DNA of 64,000 nucleotides. It comes from Raja brachyura. Lineage: Eukaryota. Location: contig OY740804.1 in the NCBI GenBank assembly GCA_963514005.1, positions 5,580,001-5,644,000 of the forward strand. The letters run 5' to 3'. The position numbers and the translations under genes are program-made. A model generated the notes under the pieces. It was not told the origin of the DNA. It did no database searches and was given only the letters and a program-made list of their open reading frames with translations. Shown here piece after piece: positions 62,923 to 64,000 of this stretch; the first letter of the stretch is position 1; each line of letters begins with the position of its first letter.

Positions 62923-64000
62923 GGTTTTATCAACAGCGACCAGGCCAAAGCTTGTTGTTCAGCTTTTTGTCCTCAGAGCTAAATTATTTCCCAACACAAC
63001 AGATATTAGTGCAATATGGAAGAATGCAACAGGAAACGTGACAGTGGCTGCTGAAATATCACACATTAAATTTGAAATTTGAATATCCTAGGTGTCTGCT
63101 CCAGGTAAGTAGTGGAATATTGCGTTGCGGGAGTACCAGTTTCTCCAGGCCGGGCGGGGGGGGGGGGGGCTGCGGTGTCTGCGACGCGGAGTCGGAGCCT
63201 CGCTGCATGGGAGGGAGAGTGGGGGTGAGGGGGAGAGAGAGAGAGGGGATGGGAGAGGGAGGGGGAAAGAGGAGGGGGTAGAGGGAAAGGGGGATTATCT
63301 TTAGTGAGATTGCAAAATCAAGGTAGGTTTTAGAGCAATTATATTTTCTCCTCCATATGAATAATATCAAACAATTGGAACTGCTTTCTTTTCCTTGATA
63401 CCAATACTGAAAAATATGAATTCCATAGTTTGCAACTTTCATTTTGCATCATATTTTTAATGTGCACACACGAACGCAGTCGAACAGTAACAGGCAATCA
63501 AATCCACACAAAACAGTTTCTAAAAAAAGGTTTTATTTACAGCAAAAACTTACAGTATATTATTTGCATTCTCCTTTATCACGTTTTACATAACATGTTA
63601 CAGTTCAACTTGGTTATAAAAACAAGATTATTAAATCAATTCCTGATTTTAAAACATGTGTACAACAATGACCCCAATCATCCCATTTCAACCACTCATT
63701 ACTCTTGATTCAACCAAAATTATTTCTGAAAAATTGGTCATAAATTTGGTGCAAAAATGCTCCAAAATAAGGCTCAGTACGCACCGGAGAACATCTAAAA
63801 CTCAAGAGCTTCCAGGGCCCTAAAGCAGGCCCTGGTCCCCGGCCGCAAGGGTCATTCAGCTTCACACTTGTGATATGCACTGTGTTCACTTATTTCACAC
63901 AATTTTGTTGTAATGATGCCACGCCACCGCCCTTTTTCAAAAGCTTTGTACGGGCCTGGTGTATAATATGTTTGATACTGTCATAGGCCTTTCTTACATA

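Overview
Vertebrate genomic DNA, most likely from a cartilaginous fish (skate/ray-like repeat content). The window holds a minus-strand tandem cluster of immunoglobulin-superfamily receptor genes resembling skate MDIR / CD300-pIgR-like receptors. They are built from a 37-nt leader exon (MWIPILL...), CD300/pIgR-type V exons and FCRL/allergin-like C2 exons. Five genes can be reconstructed from splice sites and codon phases. Gene 1: leader+V, running off the left edge. Gene 2: L-V-C2, with the downstream part deleted. Gene 3: L-V-C2-V-C2 all open, but stalk and TM exons carry stops, so it is a candidate secreted 4-Ig protein. Gene 4: pseudogene keeping an intact Arg-containing activating-type TM and short tail. 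Gene 5: 8-exon inhibitory receptor L-V-C2-stalk-TM-cyt with an ITSM and ITIMs, intact except for a 1-nt deletion at a homopolymer in the V exon. There is also an orphan leader with ATG->ATA. Together they look like a paired activating/inhibitory/soluble receptor locus in birth-and-death evolution. Repeats include a structurally complete but decayed DIRS1-type tyrosine-recombinase retrotransposon in gene 3 intron 1, two ~1 kb non-autonomous DNA transposons with 7-bp TSDs, CR1 LINEs, a HERO/R2-like fragment, Penelope-like fragments with minimal hammerhead ribozyme motifs, and tRNA-derived V-SINEs. Exon boundaries were read by eye; repeat boundaries are approximate.
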